From positions 1,020,001 to 1,052,000 of the forward strand of contig OZ245819.1 of the NCBI GenBank assembly GCA_965228485.1: a stretch of 32,000 bases of DNA, given 5' to 3'. This DNA is from Candidatus Saccharimonadota bacterium (GTDB lineage: Bacteria; Patescibacteriota; Gracilibacteria; UBA4473). The notes beneath the pieces were generated by a model. That model made no database searches. It saw only the letters and a list, made by a program, of their open reading frames with translations, and was not told where the DNA came from. Below are positions 17,035-27,153 of the stretch, piece by piece (the stretch's first letter is position 1; every line of letters begins with the position of its first letter). A program made the position numbers and the translations under genes.

Positions 17035-19590
17035 ATGACAGACGAAAATACTATTGATTTAACAGAAAATCCAGAGGAAGAACCAGAAGAAAATAATAAT
17101 GGTTGGTTTACTCCTGATGAGGCTAATGTTGTGCCTCGAGGTTTGGTAGATGAGATTGAGGAGTCTTATTTGTCATATGCTATGTCGGTGATTGTTTCGC
17201 GAGCCTTGCCAGATGTTCGTGATGGCCTGAAACCAGTGCATCGACGAATTTTATATGCTATGCATGAAAATGGGCTTCGACCTGGGGCCAAATACCGAAA
17301 ATCTGCAAACGTTGTGGGGGCGGTGCTTGGGAAATATCATCCACATGGTGATACGGCGGTATATGATTCTATGGTTCGAATGGCTCAAGATTTTTCTCTG
17401 CGTTATCCGCTTGTGGATGGGCAGGGGAACTTCGGTTCTATTGATGGAGATAACGCCGCTGCAATGCGTTATACCGAAGCGAAGATGACGAGAGTTTCCG
17501 AGCTGATGCTTGAAGACATTGAGAAAGATACGGTTGATTTTAGACCTAATTATGATGCTAGTACGGAAGAGCCAAGCGTGATGCCAAGTGTGGTTCCTCA
17601 GTTGCTTTTGAACGGAACGATGGGAATTGCGGTTGGGATGGCTACAAATATTCCGCCACATAATTTAGTTGAGGTAGTTGATGCCACCATTCATCTTTTG
17701 GATAACTCAGAAGCGACAATTGATGACCTGTTACAATTTGTAAAAGGTCCAGACTTTCCAACTGGGGCAGAAATTTTTGATGGAGGAGCAGTAAAAGAAA
17801 TGTACCACACCGGAAGAGGTGGGGTCGTCATGAGAGCGAAAACTCATATTGAAGAATTAAAAGGCGGGAAAAATGCGATTATCATTACGGAAATTCCTTA
17901 TCAGGTGAATAAGGCAGAGCTTATTGTGAAGATTGCCGATTTGGTTCGAGATAAAAAAATTGTAGGGATTACTGATCTACGAGATGAATCGAATAGAGAA
18001 GGGATTCGAGTGGTAATTGAACTGAAGAAAGACTCGTTCCCAAAAAAGATTTTGAATCAATTGTTTAAATTTACACCGCTTCAAAAGAGTTTTAACCTGA
18101 ATATGATTGCTCTGGTTGATGGTATTCATCCCAGACTTCTAAATCTAAGAGAGGTGCTTCAATATTTCTTGGATCATCGATTTGAAGTTGTCGTTCGAAG
18201 AACTAAATTTGAGTTGAGAGTGGCGGAGGCTCGAGCGCATATTTTGGAAGGACTAAAGGTAGCGCTTGATCATATTGATGAGGTTATTGAAACGATTAAG
18301 AAATCTGAAACCAAAGAAATTGCTGCTGAGCGATTAATCGAAAAGTTTGGTTTGAGTGATAAACAGTCCAAGGCTATTTTAGAGATGCGTCTTCAGACTC
18401 TAGCAGGTCTAGAACAACAAAAAATTGAAGATGAACTTGCTGAAAAGCGAAAAATTATTGAGGAACTAAATTCAATTCTTAATAGTCGTGAACTTCAAGC
18501 TGATATTATTCGAGACTCATTAGAGCATGTAAAAACTAAGTTTGGGGATGAACGAAAAACAAAAGTTCATCCTTATGCTCTTGGTAAATTCAGCGCGAAA
18601 GATACGATCCCAGATGAAGAAATGTTGGTAGTTCTTACCGAACAAAACTACATCAAACGAATGAATCCAAATGTCTTCAGAGCTCAGCGTCGAGGAGGTG
18701 TTGGAGTTGTTGGGGCCAAGACTAAAGATGAAGATATTATTGCTAAGTCTAGTTTTGGGACGAATCATAATGATCTGCTGTTCTTTACAAATTTTGGTCG
18801 GGTCTTCTCTCTTCCAATGTATGAGATTCCAGAGGCTTCACGAACAGCTAAAGGAACACCAATTGTAAATCTATTACAGCTTCAGCCAGATGAAAAGGTG
18901 ACAGAAATTCTTAATCTGAGCCGAAGTGAAGGGAAATATATTGTTATGTGTACGACGGGAGGAACGATTAAGAAAACGGATCTAGAGCTTTTCAAAAATA
19001 TTCGACGATCAGGGCTTATTGCTTGTGGAGTGAAAGAAGGAGAAACGCTCTTATGGGCACGAATGAGTTCTGGAGAAGATGATATTTTTATCGTCACTCA
19101 CGAAGGAAAATCTATTCGATTCGGAGAAGAAGATGTTCGCTCAATGGGGCGGGCGGCGGCTGGTGTACGAGGGATTCGATTAAAAGGAGGCGATCAAGTG
19201 ATTCAGATGGACGTTCTTCTTAAAGACTCAGTTTCTAAACTGTTAACCGTTATGGAAAATGGTCTTGGGAAAATGTCTAAAGTATCAGAATACCGAAATC
19301 AGTCTCGAGGAGGAACTGGGGTAAAAGTGGCTAATATTACGAAAAAAACAGGAAAAGTTGCTGGGGCTCGAGTAATTGGAGAAGGCACGAAGGGAGACTT
19401 GCTTATTGTAACCAAAAATGGTCAAACTCTGCGAACGCCTCTTGAAGGCATTAAGACAGCTGGTCGAGCAACCCAGGGAGTGATCCTTATGAAGTCTAAA
19501 GAAGATATGGTTTCTTCTATCTCTATTATTCATGATGAAGATGCGGAGAAAAAGCCAGAACAGAATACGCTCGAGATTACTAAGGGATAG
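17035..19590 (+). CDS. gyrA: DNA gyrase subunit A
   Basis: [53 protein letters not shown] (catalytic Tyr), and a GyrA-box QRRGGVG in the C-terminal domain. Length 851 aa, stop TAG. Confidence 0.97.
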   Translation: MTDENTIDLTENPEEEPEENNNGWFTPDEANVVPRGLVDEIEESYLSYAMSVIVSRALPDVRDGLKPVHRRILYAMHENGLRPGAKYRKSANVVGAVLGKYHPHGDTAVYDSMVRMAQDFSLRYPLVDGQGNFGSIDGDNAAAMRYTEAKMTRVSELMLEDIEKDTVDFRPNYDASTEEPSVMPSVVPQLLLNGTMGIAVGMATNIPPHNLVEVVDATIHLLDNSEATIDDLLQFVKGPDFPTGAEIFDGGAVKEMYHTGRGGVVMRAKTHIEELKGGKNAIIITEIPYQVNKAELIVKIADLVRDKKIVGITDLRDESNREGIRVVIELKKDSFPKKILNQLFKFTPLQKSFNLNMIALVDGIHPRLLNLREVLQYFLDHRFEVVVRRTKFELRVAEARAHILEGLKVALDHIDEVIETIKKSETKEIAAERLIEKFGLSDKQSKAILEMRLQTLAGLEQQKIEDELAEKRKIIEELNSILNSRELQADIIRDSLEHVKTKFGDERKTKVHPYALGKFSAKDTIPDEEMLVVLTEQNYIKRMNPNVFRAQRRGGVGVVGAKTKDEDIIAKSSFGTNHNDLLFFTNFGRVFSLPMYEIPEASRTAKGTPIVNLLQLQPDEKVTEILNLSRSEGKYIVMCTTGGTIKKTDLELFKNIRRSGLIACGVKEGETLLWARMSSGEDDIFIVTHEGKSIRFGEEDVRSMGRAAAGVRGIRLKGGDQVIQMDVLLKDSVSKLLTVMENGLGKMSKVSEYRNQSRGGTGVKVANITKKTGKVAGARVIGEGTKGDLLIVTKNGQTLRTPLEGIKTAGRATQGVILMKSKEDMVSSISIIHDEDAEKKPEQNTLEITKG

Positions 19591-19614
19591 AACTCTATTT
19601 TAAATCTAGATTAA

Positions 19615-19646
19615 GAGGCACTCATTTGAGTGCTTCTTTTATTTTT
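19615..19646 (+). terminator. Rho-independent terminator after gyrA
   Basis: GAGGCACTC (19615-19623) pairs with GAGTGCTTC (19628-19636): 9 bp with one G-U pair and loop ATTT. It is followed by TTTTATTTTT. Confidence 0.75.
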
Positions 19647-19675
19647 CATTTAAGGAATAAAATCTATACTTTGCT

Positions 19676-20716
19676 ATGATGAAAAATATAAATGTTTCGG
19701 TACCCGTTAGCCCTAAGGATTATACCATTTCTTTTTACAATGATTTTGAGCAGCAAAAGCTGGCTTTAAAATCACAGGTTGGTGATAGAAAATTTATTAT
19801 TGTGAGCGATCAGAACGTGGTAGATAAAACTTCTTTTTTAGACTTGTTTGTTGATGCTGATGATGAGGTTTTAGTTGTTTTAGAGCCTGGAGAACAGGAG
19901 AAAAAATGGGATTCAATTGATAGGATTTTGAGAGGAGCTTTTGAAGCCGGGCTTGATCGTGATTCGGTAATTGTAGCTGTTGGAGGTGGAGTTGTTGGGG
20001 ATATGACAGGATTTGCGGCGAGTATTTTTATGAGAGGCATTCCTTTTATTCAGGTCCCGACAACTTTACTGGCGATGGTAGACGCTTCAATAGGAGGAAA
20101 AACGGGCATTGACTGTGAGTATGGAAAAAATCTTATAGGAAGTATTACGCCTCCAGAAGCAATTTTGGTTTGCCCAGAATTTTTGGAGACTCTTCCTGAT
20201 GTTGAAGTCAAAAATGGGATTGCTGAGATGGTGAAGCATGGAATCATTGCATCCCCTCAGCATTTTGAAGCGCTAGAAACTTTAGCTTCAGAAAATTTTG
20301 AAACGATCAAATCAAAAATATTTGATTACGTTATTGCTTCTATTGAGGTTAAAAAAGTTATAGTAGAGCAGGATGAACATGAGCGAGGGGTAAGAGGATT
20401 TTTAAACCTTGGACATACTTTTGGTCATGCGATTGAACTCTGTTCTCATTTTGAAATTCCTCATGGAAGGGCTGTGGCAATTGGCTGTGTTATGGCAGCT
20501 AATTATGCGGCTGAGCAAGAGTTGTGCGATTGGGATTTAGTCGATCGAATTGAGAATATTTTTAATCAATTTGAGATTGATCTGAGTTGTGATATTCCAG
20601 AAGAAGATATTTGGAAAGCTATGCAGCATGACAAAAAGAAGCAGGACGGAAAAGTTCGTTTGATCCTTCCTCAAAAAATTGGAGTGGTAGATTATTTTGA
20701 GATTATTCCTCAGTAG
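19676..20716 (+). CDS. aroB: 3-dehydroquinate synthase
   Basis: GGGVVGDMTGFAAS, VDASIGGKTGI, NLGHTFGHAIE and HGRAVAIG motifs. Length 346 aa. Tandem ATGs at 19676/19679. Confidence 0.9.
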   Translation: MMKNINVSVPVSPKDYTISFYNDFEQQKLALKSQVGDRKFIIVSDQNVVDKTSFLDLFVDADDEVLVVLEPGEQEKKWDSIDRILRGAFEAGLDRDSVIVAVGGGVVGDMTGFAASIFMRGIPFIQVPTTLLAMVDASIGGKTGIDCEYGKNLIGSITPPEAILVCPEFLETLPDVEVKNGIAEMVKHGIIASPQHFEALETLASENFETIKSKIFDYVIASIEVKKVIVEQDEHERGVRGFLNLGHTFGHAIELCSHFEIPHGRAVAIGCVMAANYAAEQELCDWDLVDRIENIFNQFEIDLSCDIPEEDIWKAMQHDKKKQDGKVRLILPQKIGVVDYFEIIPQ

Positions 20717-21161
20717 TTTTTTCGATAGCGGTTTGTATTGTGTCTGCTAAATCATCAGCACTTTGTGAATTACCCTTTTCTATCTCAGCGACGCGCATTG
20801 GCCCACTAAAGCTAAAAAGAAAAATCAAGATTTGATTTCTCTCTGATGAAAGCGTTTCAAGTGACATTTTCGTTGTAGTAAGCGCACTTTTTACCGAAGC
20901 TCGAATAGCCTCATCGCTTTGAGTTAAAATGAGCCTTAATGAATTAAGGCTTGCTTCTTTTTCTGTGGCTTGAGAATTATTTGTATGTGGATCAGTTATG
21001 GAATTAAAGATCTTTTTAACCGCTTTTTTGTCTTCATCTGAAATATCATCCATTGTGTCTAGAACGGCATAAAGTTTGTCTAAGGCTTCTTGTTTTAGTA
21101 TTTCAAAGTCTCTTTCTAGAGGTGCACCTGATTCTCTTAGAGTTGGTGTTTTACTTTTCAT
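20703..21161 (-). CDS. Hypothetical 152-aa hydrophilic protein
   Basis: This is the only long ORF covering this interval. It shares a divergent intergenic region with lysA, and its 3' end overlaps aroB by 14 nt. No motif recognised. Confidence 0.55.
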   Translation of the reverse strand: MKSKTPTLRESGAPLERDFEILKQEALDKLYAVLDTMDDISDEDKKAVKKIFNSITDPHTNNSQATEKEASLNSLRLILTQSDEAIRASVKSALTTTKMSLETLSSERNQILIFLFSFSGPMRVAEIEKGNSQSADDLADTIQTAIEKTTEE

Positions 21162-21286
21162 GTATTTTAAATAATTTTATTTATAAAAAATGTCAAGTTC
21201 TTTTAATAACTTAAGTAAGCTCTGAGATTGGACTTGTTATTGTTTTGCTTTTTTGTATATTGAACGTCGTTTTGTAAGAAAATATT

Positions 21287-22531
21287 ATGGTTCAAAAAAT
21301 ACTACCTTTTTCTTTTGAGCAAATTGAAGCACTGGCTCAAAAATATCCAACGCCATTTTATATTTATGATGAGCAGGCGATTCGAGAAAATGTCCGACAG
21401 CTCTATAAAACTTTTGATTGGGTGAAAGGCTTTCAAAATTATTTTGCGGTGAAGGCTTTGCCGAATCCTTCTATTTTACAAATTTTAAAAGAAGAAGGTT
21501 GTGGGATGGATTGTAGTTCTCTGGGGGAATTAGTGTTATCAGAAAAAATTGGGGTAAATGGTGAGAATATTATGTTTACCTCTAATGACACCCCGATTGA
21601 AGATTATGAAAAAGCTCGAGATTTGGGGGCCATTGTTAATTTTGATGATATTTCTCATATCGAATATTACGAGGAAAATATTGGACCATTGCCAGAGCTG
21701 GTTTGTTTTCGATATAATCCTGGACCATTCAAGGGTGGAAATGCGATTATCGGAGAACCAAAAGAAGCCAAATACGGCCTGACCACAGACCAAATTGTAG
21801 AAGCTTACCGGATTTGTAAAGAAAAAGGTGTGAAACGATTTGGGCTTCATACGATGGTCTGTTCAAATGAAATTAATGCGGACTATTTCATCGAAACGAT
21901 TGCGTTACTCTTTTCTTTGGCACGAGATATTTTTAAAGAAACGGGAGTGCACTTTGACTTTATTAATATTGGAGGAGGCCTCGGAATTCCTTATCGAACA
22001 GAGCAACAACGGCTTGATATTATAAAAATTTCGGAAGGGATGAAACTATTCTACCATAAGTATCTGATTGGAGAAGGGCATCCAGACTGTCGGATTGTAA
22101 TGGAATCAGGACGGTATATTACCGGACCTTATGGATATTTGGTTGGAAAAACGATTCATAAAAAAGAAACCTACAAAAATTATGTTGGTTTAGATGCTTG
22201 TATGGCGAATCTTATGCGACCAGGGATGTATGATGCGTATCATCATATTTCAGTGATGGGAAAAGAGAATGCTCCACTTGACTATCGATATGATGTCACG
22301 GGATCCTTGTGTGAAAATAACGATAAATTTGCGATTGACCGAGATCTACCAGAAATTGAAATTGGAGATTATGTGGTGATGCATGATGCTGGGGCCCATG
22401 GTCATGCCATGGGATTTCAGTATAATGCTAAACTGCGATGTGCCGAATTTCTGATGACACCAGAATCAGAATTTAAAATGATTCGACGAGCCGAAACTTT
22501 GGATGATTATTTCGCGACGTTGGAGTTTTAA
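21287..22531 (+). CDS. lysA: PLP-dependent group IV decarboxylase, most likely diaminopimelate decarboxylase
   Basis: PTPFYIYDE, YFAVKALPNP (PLP-Lys), INIGGGLGIPY, GSLCENNDKF. The DAP assignment is favoured by the lysine-pathway neighbourhood. Ornithine/lysine/carboxyspermidine specificity cannot be excluded by eye. Confidence 0.75.
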   Translation: MVQKILPFSFEQIEALAQKYPTPFYIYDEQAIRENVRQLYKTFDWVKGFQNYFAVKALPNPSILQILKEEGCGMDCSSLGELVLSEKIGVNGENIMFTSNDTPIEDYEKARDLGAIVNFDDISHIEYYEENIGPLPELVCFRYNPGPFKGGNAIIGEPKEAKYGLTTDQIVEAYRICKEKGVKRFGLHTMVCSNEINADYFIETIALLFSLARDIFKETGVHFDFINIGGGLGIPYRTEQQRLDIIKISEGMKLFYHKYLIGEGHPDCRIVMESGRYITGPYGYLVGKTIHKKETYKNYVGLDACMANLMRPGMYDAYHHISVMGKENAPLDYRYDVTGSLCENNDKFAIDRDLPEIEIGDYVVMHDAGAHGHAMGFQYNAKLRCAEFLMTPESEFKMIRRAETLDDYFATLEF

Positions 22532-23194
22532 TTAGTGATTCAATACGTCGTATATTTCTTTGAACCCAGGATTTGGAAGTTCAAATTCAGGATGCCATTG
22601 GACTCCTAGCCACGGAAGTTTTTCGTGTTCGATCATCTCTATAATGCCATCAGGAGCTGTGCCTGTGACTTTTAAATTATCACCGATTTCATCAATAGCT
22701 TGATGGTGAATGGAGTTTATTTTATAAATTCCATTCTTTAGGTATTTACTTCCTAAAACTTCCATTGAGTGAACCTTAGAGGCCTGTTTTTTGTAGCCGT
22801 AGTGGTTTATAGCACTAGCCGGGATATCTTGTTTTAGGGTTCCTCCTTCAAAGATATTCATGAATTGCATTCCGCGGCAAATCCCGAGTAGAGGTTTTTT
22901 TGATTGAGCTATAATCGATAAAAAGGCTAGTTCTTGTTTGTCTACTTTAAGATTACACTCTTTAGAGTGAGTATTGTCTTGTTGGTAGAGCTCTGGAGAG
23001 ATGTCGCAGGCACTTCCCGTAAGAACAAATCCATCAAGTTCGTTTACAAAAGCCTGAAAGTTATTTTCTGTGTGGGGCAGAATAAAAGGAAGAAAACCAA
23101 GATCAGAAACAATCTGACTATATTCTTGAGCTAAGCGTTCGATCGTGTCGATATCAATTTTTGCGACACAAGGGAGTATACCAATTTTCTTCAT
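22532..23194 (-). CDS. Class I glutamine amidotransferase-fold gamma-glutamyl hydrolase (peptidase C26, PuuD-like)
   Basis: GICRGMQFMN (nucleophile Cys) and GVQWHPEF (His). ATG 23194 (MKKIGILP) is chosen; it overlaps the upstream stop as TAATG. The ORF-track start 23227 adds 11 unsupported residues. Confidence 0.8.
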   Translation of the reverse strand: MKKIGILPCVAKIDIDTIERLAQEYSQIVSDLGFLPFILPHTENNFQAFVNELDGFVLTGSACDISPELYQQDNTHSKECNLKVDKQELAFLSIIAQSKKPLLGICRGMQFMNIFEGGTLKQDIPASAINHYGYKKQASKVHSMEVLGSKYLKNGIYKINSIHHQAIDEIGDNLKVTGTAPDGIIEMIEHEKLPWLGVQWHPEFELPNPGFKEIYDVLNH

Positions 23195-24414
23195 TATCGG
23201 AGAGAATCTAATCCATCTCGCAGACATTTAGCCGTTAATTTTTGATAAATGGCATAAACTTCTGGCATTCTCTTTTTACTAATTTTATTTCTTGAGCCAA
23301 ATGTTTTCCCTGGGTTGATGATCCCTTCCTGTGTTAATTCTTGAATAATTCTTTCGGCTACAGTTCCATCTTCAAGGGTTTTTCGAATTTCTTCTTCACT
23401 CGAGAATCCTTCAAATTTTAAACCAGAAGGAGTATCACTGATAAATCTCAAGACATTTTCTACCCATTTATGAAAGGGGATATAGGTATCTCCTAAACCA
23501 ATATAATGATCTTTAGTCGACTTATTGGTTCGATTGATGGTTTCTAAATTTGAATTGATGAATGTAGAAGATTCAGGTGAAAGCTGGAATCTTTTAGCTC
23601 CAAAGATATCTTCTGGCATATCGGTTTCTCTGGTTTGGTCTATTTTTCGGCAGATTCTGTGATAAATATCACTTAGTGCCGTAAGAATTCTAACATCCGG
23701 AGTCATGTCTGAAGCACACATTTCTGTTGTTCCTAAATCTAGTCGTGGGAATCTCATAAGATAGTAACCTGGAGATGGAGAATCTTCTACATCTGGAGGT
23801 GGAGTTAATAATGCTTTAAGGTTTTCTTGAGAAGTAATAACGGGTGGAACGCCTGTCTTTATAAGCTTTGTTTTGGCACGCGCTCGTTCAGAGTAGTATC
23901 CATTAAAATTTGCGATTCTAACAGGAGAGCTGGTACTTAGGCCTGCAAAGAGTGGTATGAGCCATCGAAGGTAGTTATACCTTCTCAAAAGAACTTCAGG
24001 ATTTTCATGTCCTACGTGAAATTGGGCTCCACAAACATCGAGGTTTCGAATAACACTTCCATCTCGAGTGAAACATAGATATTTATAGTATTCATCTGGG
24101 TGTTCTCGAATAAAACGCTCAAATTCGTCATATTCTTTTCTTGGAAATGAATGAGGAAGTGTTCCAAACGGATAGAGTATTCCATCAATGTTTTCAACGG
24201 TTGTTTCTAGAGCTGAGTTTATGGCTCTTAATCCTTCATCTAGAGTATGGGCTCCAGAGGTTTTTAGTTCTAAAGTTTGTGGATGAATTTCTGGGCAAGA
24301 TTCCCAGTTTTCACCTTCTAGCCCTTCTAAAGCTGGTTGAATATTTTTTCGCTTTCCGTCTTGATCTGTTGTGTCTAATTCTAGTTCGATTCCAAAGGTG
24401 TATTGTTCTGTCAT
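23194..24414 (-). CDS. Carboxylate-amine ligase, glutamate-cysteine ligase family 2 (YbdK-like)
   Basis: YTFGIELEL, TLELKT, GAQFHVG, WLIPLFAGLSTSSP and GTTEMCASD occur in the same order as E. coli YbdK FTLGIELEM, MLELAT, GQHVHVG, FVPHFIALSAASP and GTVEVRVMD. Confidence 0.72.
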   Translation of the reverse strand: MTEQYTFGIELELDTTDQDGKRKNIQPALEGLEGENWESCPEIHPQTLELKTSGAHTLDEGLRAINSALETTVENIDGILYPFGTLPHSFPRKEYDEFERFIREHPDEYYKYLCFTRDGSVIRNLDVCGAQFHVGHENPEVLLRRYNYLRWLIPLFAGLSTSSPVRIANFNGYYSERARAKTKLIKTGVPPVITSQENLKALLTPPPDVEDSPSPGYYLMRFPRLDLGTTEMCASDMTPDVRILTALSDIYHRICRKIDQTRETDMPEDIFGAKRFQLSPESSTFINSNLETINRTNKSTKDHYIGLGDTYIPFHKWVENVLRFISDTPSGLKFEGFSSEEEIRKTLEDGTVAERIIQELTQEGIINPGKTFGSRNKISKKRMPEVYAIYQKLTAKCLRDGLDSLR

Positions 24415-24427
24415 GCTTTTTCAGGTT

Positions 24428-26014
24428 TTATTTCTTTACCGGCAGTGGTCTAACTGTTGGGAAACCAATAACTTCTCGAATTGTTTTTGAGTGAGTTAAG
24501 AGCATCGCAAGTCTATCGATTCCAATTCCGAGTCCTCCTGTAGGAGGCATTCCGTGTTCAATGGCCCTCATGAATGTTTCATCTAAACGATGAGCTTCAT
24601 CGTCTCCTCGCTCTCTTTGGGCTTCTTGGGCTACAAACTGTTCTCGTTGATATACTGGGTCAGTCAGCTCTGTGTATGAATTTGCCAGTTCCATTCCCGC
24701 AACGAAAAGTTCAAATCTTTCAGCCAGCCGAGGGTTATCTCGGTGTTGTTTTGTAAGTGGACAAACTTCTGCAGGATAATCTGTAACAAAGGTTGGTTGT
24801 ATCAGTTTTTCTTCAACGACTTCTTCAAATACGGTCATAACAATTTGTCCCCAATTTTGATCATCATCGATATCAAAGTCCAGTTCTTCGGCTGCTGATT
24901 TAGCTTCTTCTGCGGTTTCGAATGCCATAAAATCTATCCCGGTGTGTTCTTTTACGAGGTCGAGAACTGGCCGTCTATCAAAGGGTTTTGATAGATCCAG
25001 GTCCACTTCTTCTCCTTCTCCTTTATTCCAATATGGTAATTTGCTCATATCTAGGTCTAAGGCGTCACCAGAACTTCGAATGATGTCTTCGGTTAGTTCC
25101 ATCATGCCTTCATAATCTCTATATTTTGGATCGGTAGAATAGAGTTCTATAGAGGTGAATTCTGGGTTATGTTTATGCGAAACCCCTTCATTTCTAAAAA
25201 TTCGTCCCATCTCATAAACGCTGTGATGGATACCTGCAATAATCATTTTTTTGAGGGCAATTTCGGTGGCAATCCGAAGTTGAACATCCATATTGAGGGC
25301 GTTTAGATGGGTTTCAAATGGTCGTGCTTCAGTCCCCCCAGCTACGGTTTCGAGTACGGGTGTTCCGACTTCTAACCAATCGAGGTTATTGAGCCGTGTT
25401 CTAATAGCCGCTTCAATTTGAAATCTTTTCTTCAGTTTTTCTCGGGCATTTGCATCGAGTATAAGATGGTCAACTCGATTACGTGCTTGATTTTCAGGGT
25501 CTTCAATTGGGCGTTTTGGTTTTTGCCGTAATGAGATCGAAAGAACGGTTAATTTATCTGATACCACTGAAAGTTCTCCTGGTTTTTCCTGGTTTTCAGG
25601 GGCCGTTCTCATCATAAACCCTTCGGCTCCAATAATGTCTCCGCGCGAAATTGAATCGAGAATAAGTCTTTGCTCTTCATCTAGGTTTTCAATATCGACC
25701 ATTATTTGAATCGTTTTACCTTCATCATCTTCGATAACAATAAATCGCTTCTTATTTCTGAGAAATTTAATTCGACCTTCTGTTTTAACCATGACTTCAG
25801 GATGCTCTTCACCTCTTCCTAGATCTTCACCATAAGCTCTTTGTAAATCTCTTGGAAGATGTGTTCTGTCGAATCCGTGAGGGAAGGGTTCAATGTTAGC
25901 TTTCCGTAGTGCGTGGATTCGCTTGAGTGCCCTATTGGCATGGTCTCGCTCTTGTCGACTAAGACCAGGGATACCCACTTCATCAACGGTTTGAGGGGAT
26001 TGTTCTATTGTCAT
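24428..26014 (-). CDS. lysS: Lysine--tRNA ligase, class II
   Basis: FRNEGVSHKHNPEFTSIELY (motif 2), GGLGIGIDRLAMLL (motif 3), and an N-terminal OB-fold-like segment. Length 528 aa. Confidence 0.95.
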   Translation of the reverse strand: MTIEQSPQTVDEVGIPGLSRQERDHANRALKRIHALRKANIEPFPHGFDRTHLPRDLQRAYGEDLGRGEEHPEVMVKTEGRIKFLRNKKRFIVIEDDEGKTIQIMVDIENLDEEQRLILDSISRGDIIGAEGFMMRTAPENQEKPGELSVVSDKLTVLSISLRQKPKRPIEDPENQARNRVDHLILDANAREKLKKRFQIEAAIRTRLNNLDWLEVGTPVLETVAGGTEARPFETHLNALNMDVQLRIATEIALKKMIIAGIHHSVYEMGRIFRNEGVSHKHNPEFTSIELYSTDPKYRDYEGMMELTEDIIRSSGDALDLDMSKLPYWNKGEGEEVDLDLSKPFDRRPVLDLVKEHTGIDFMAFETAEEAKSAAEELDFDIDDDQNWGQIVMTVFEEVVEEKLIQPTFVTDYPAEVCPLTKQHRDNPRLAERFELFVAGMELANSYTELTDPVYQREQFVAQEAQRERGDDEAHRLDETFMRAIEHGMPPTGGLGIGIDRLAMLLTHSKTIREVIGFPTVRPLPVKK

Positions 26015-26020
26015 TTTGGT

Positions 26021-27133
26021 TTATACGTTTCGAATGTCGTTAATTAGTCCTTTTGAAGTTGCATATCTTCCTGCTCCTGCTCCGATTAATCGGTCTGGAC
26101 CATCTCCAGCGGCACGAATTCCTCTTGTAGTAATTCGGATAATGTTGTCAGATCCATTAAGTGCTCCCATAACAGAGCTTGCATCCAATAGTTCCATTTG
26201 TACGTTTACTGTTGCATTACCTTGTTTATCAACATTGAAGCTTGCAACATATACAGGTTTTTGACCTTTTGAATCAGCTTCTGCCATTATTTCTGCAAAT
26301 TTTTCATTTTCAGCCGCAACGCTGTCATAGAAGTCTGGTTTCATAATGCCTGCATATTCAGAGCCAACTAGCCCTTTGATTCCTGGGTCAATGTCTGATA
26401 ATTCGTAGTTTAGTCCTAGCTCTCTTAGAGCTGTTAAAAGTTTTCCTCCTAGATCTTTTCCTGAAAGGTCTAGATATGGTTCAGGTTCAAAGCTGGCATC
26501 ATTATTACGACAGGCTTCATCCATAGATTTCCCTCGGGATAAGTCTTGTAATGTTCCTCCAATACTCCCAGAAGAAACAAGTTGGATATTGATAACTTCA
26601 TCACCAATTTCTCGTTGTTGTCTTAAGAAATCAATGGCTCCTCGTCCAGCCATAATAGTAGCTTCATACCCGTATCGTTCAGCATGTTCCATTAGAGCAT
26701 TGTACTCTTCCATAGTATGATTTACGATTTGACCTTTTGCAGCAGTGACCACAGAAAGTCCATTTTCTAGAGCCGATTTGTGAAGATCGTAGTTATCTGC
26801 ACTTGTAGCATCAATAATTACAGCATCTTCAGGAATGTCGTGATCTTTAAGTGCTTGCAATAGTTCTCCTGATTTAAGATCTACTCGAGCTTCTCCCTGC
26901 ATGACTTCTCGAATTGATGCTCTTGATTTATTATCATCCTGAAGGTTTAAACCTTCAATAGCTTCTTGAGCTTGAGTAATTTCATTTTCTCCAAACACAG
27001 CTCCTCCACTATCTACAATTCCACGAACTCTATGTTTTCCTTGTGTGGTTAGCATTTCTAATGTTGCACTTCCAATATTTCCTGGAGCTCCCATTAAAAT
27101 TACGTCGCGACCGGTTTCTGGTGATTTTCTCAT
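26021..27133 (-). CDS. hom: Homoserine dehydrogenase (divergent, no C-terminal ACT domain)
   Basis: GAPGNIGS dinucleotide loop, IIDATSAD..ALENGLSVVTAAKG, YEATIMAGRGAIDFLR, SSGSIGGTL, and C-terminal LIGAGAGRYATSKGLINDI. This follows the Hom pattern VVTANK / EA.V.GGIP / GILNGT / GpGAG..TA.AV..D. Confidence 0.7.
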   Translation of the reverse strand: MRKSPETGRDVILMGAPGNIGSATLEMLTTQGKHRVRGIVDSGGAVFGENEITQAQEAIEGLNLQDDNKSRASIREVMQGEARVDLKSGELLQALKDHDIPEDAVIIDATSADNYDLHKSALENGLSVVTAAKGQIVNHTMEEYNALMEHAERYGYEATIMAGRGAIDFLRQQREIGDEVINIQLVSSGSIGGTLQDLSRGKSMDEACRNNDASFEPEPYLDLSGKDLGGKLLTALRELGLNYELSDIDPGIKGLVGSEYAGIMKPDFYDSVAAENEKFAEIMAEADSKGQKPVYVASFNVDKQGNATVNVQMELLDASSVMGALNGSDNIIRITTRGIRAAGDGPDRLIGAGAGRYATSKGLINDIRNV

Positions 27134-27153
27134 TTGTTATACTGGTTAAGATT

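Noticed and set aside
22515-22550. Bidirectional terminator hairpins at the convergent junctions (CGACGT/ACGTCG at 22515-22550; TACGAC/GTCGTA at 10107-10131)
   Set aside because: The stems are only 6 bp with 13-24 nt loops, and there is no proper U-tract on both strands. This is too weak to call.
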